Positions 63,614-64,000 of a DNA stretch of 64,000 bases are shown here, in pieces. The translations under genes were made by a program, and so were the position numbers. Under the pieces are notes generated by a model. It did not search any database. It was given only the letters and a program-made list of their open reading frames with translations, and was not told the DNA's origin. The DNA lies in sequence record MZ443771.1. One strand, written 5' to 3'. The number at the start of each line of letters is the position of its first letter. The stretch's first letter is position 1.

Positions 63614-63616
63614 ACA
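63608..63616 (+). promoter_or_regulatory. CTGTAAACA box
   Basis: Overlaps the stop codon of the previous ORF; 24 nt before ATG 63640. Confidence 0.45.
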
Positions 63617-63639
63617 ACTTATCTGAGGAGATAACGCAC

Positions 63640-64000
63640 ATGTCTAATAACAATCTGGGTGGCGCTGCTGCTTTTGGCTCTGAGACACAAAAGCATCTGT
63701 CCGAACAACAACGCCGCGCTTCATCGTCTGAAAGCGGTCACGTAAACAAATGCACAATCGTTGTGCTGACCTCGCTTAATGCTCATAATCGTTTCTCGTG
63801 GATGACGGCAGACGAGCAACTGAAAGAAAAGCAGATCGAAGGTAAAGTGCTCGACCGTTTGCCAAAACTGATCGAACGTGCGACTGGCCCGTCTACTGAC
63901 ACGAACAGCGCGTACTTCATTTTGCACCCAAACAACGGTGTGCCTACTCGCATTGACGAGCGTATCAAAGTCGGCGAAGGCGATGCAGTAATCGTTTCAT
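63640..64000 (+). CDS. Hypothetical protein, partial (runs off right edge)
   Basis: ATG 63640 with GAGGAG RBS; open to the window end (MSNNNLGGAAAFGS...). Confidence 0.75.
   Translation, partial: MSNNNLGGAAAFGSETQKHLSEQQRRASSSESGHVNKCTIVVLTSLNAHNRFSWMTADEQLKEKQIEGKVLDRLPKLIERATGPSTDTNSAYFILHPNNGVPTRIDERIKVGEGDAVIVS

Noticed and set aside
1-64000. Stop-codon reassignment or alternative genetic code
   Set aside because: Known enzymes are full length and genes tile the window tightly under the standard code.

Overview
This window is about 64 kb of a large, probably jumbo, tailed dsDNA phage of an enterobacterial-type host (about 50% GC, densely packed genes, almost all on +). From recall, the gene content resembles Y3/JA11/Alexandra-type myoviruses, but I could not run a search. 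Positions 1-23 kb are a replication, transcription and structural module: RuvC-like resolvase, Ig-repeat protein, DnaG-type primase, Cas4-like nuclease, SWIM-finger protein, Acb1-like 2H phosphoesterase, sigma-70-like factor, gp32-like SSB, intein-containing RecA/UvsX and an AcrVA2/FinQ-like protein. Several of these genes are preceded by a CTGTAAAYA box. Positions 23-64 kb are an early/accessory region of small, often acidic ORFs plus a NADAR-like protein, GNAT, KptA/Tpt1, radical SAM, YbiI/TraR, UvsE, dUTPase, lytic transglycosylase and an HD hydrolase. This region is driven by about 10 dispersed copies of a sigma-70 promoter carrying a conserved upstream box (GCAAAWAWCTGGWCAAAAT) at a fixed distance, usually followed by a 5' hairpin. 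I found no tRNA, rRNA or CRISPR array. The best leads are the AcrVA2-like gene, the two promoter systems, dispersed counter-defence enzymes, a shared N-terminal xSLS motif, and acidic/basic paralogues with HeH modules. All family calls come from visual motif recognition and need HMM or structure confirmation.
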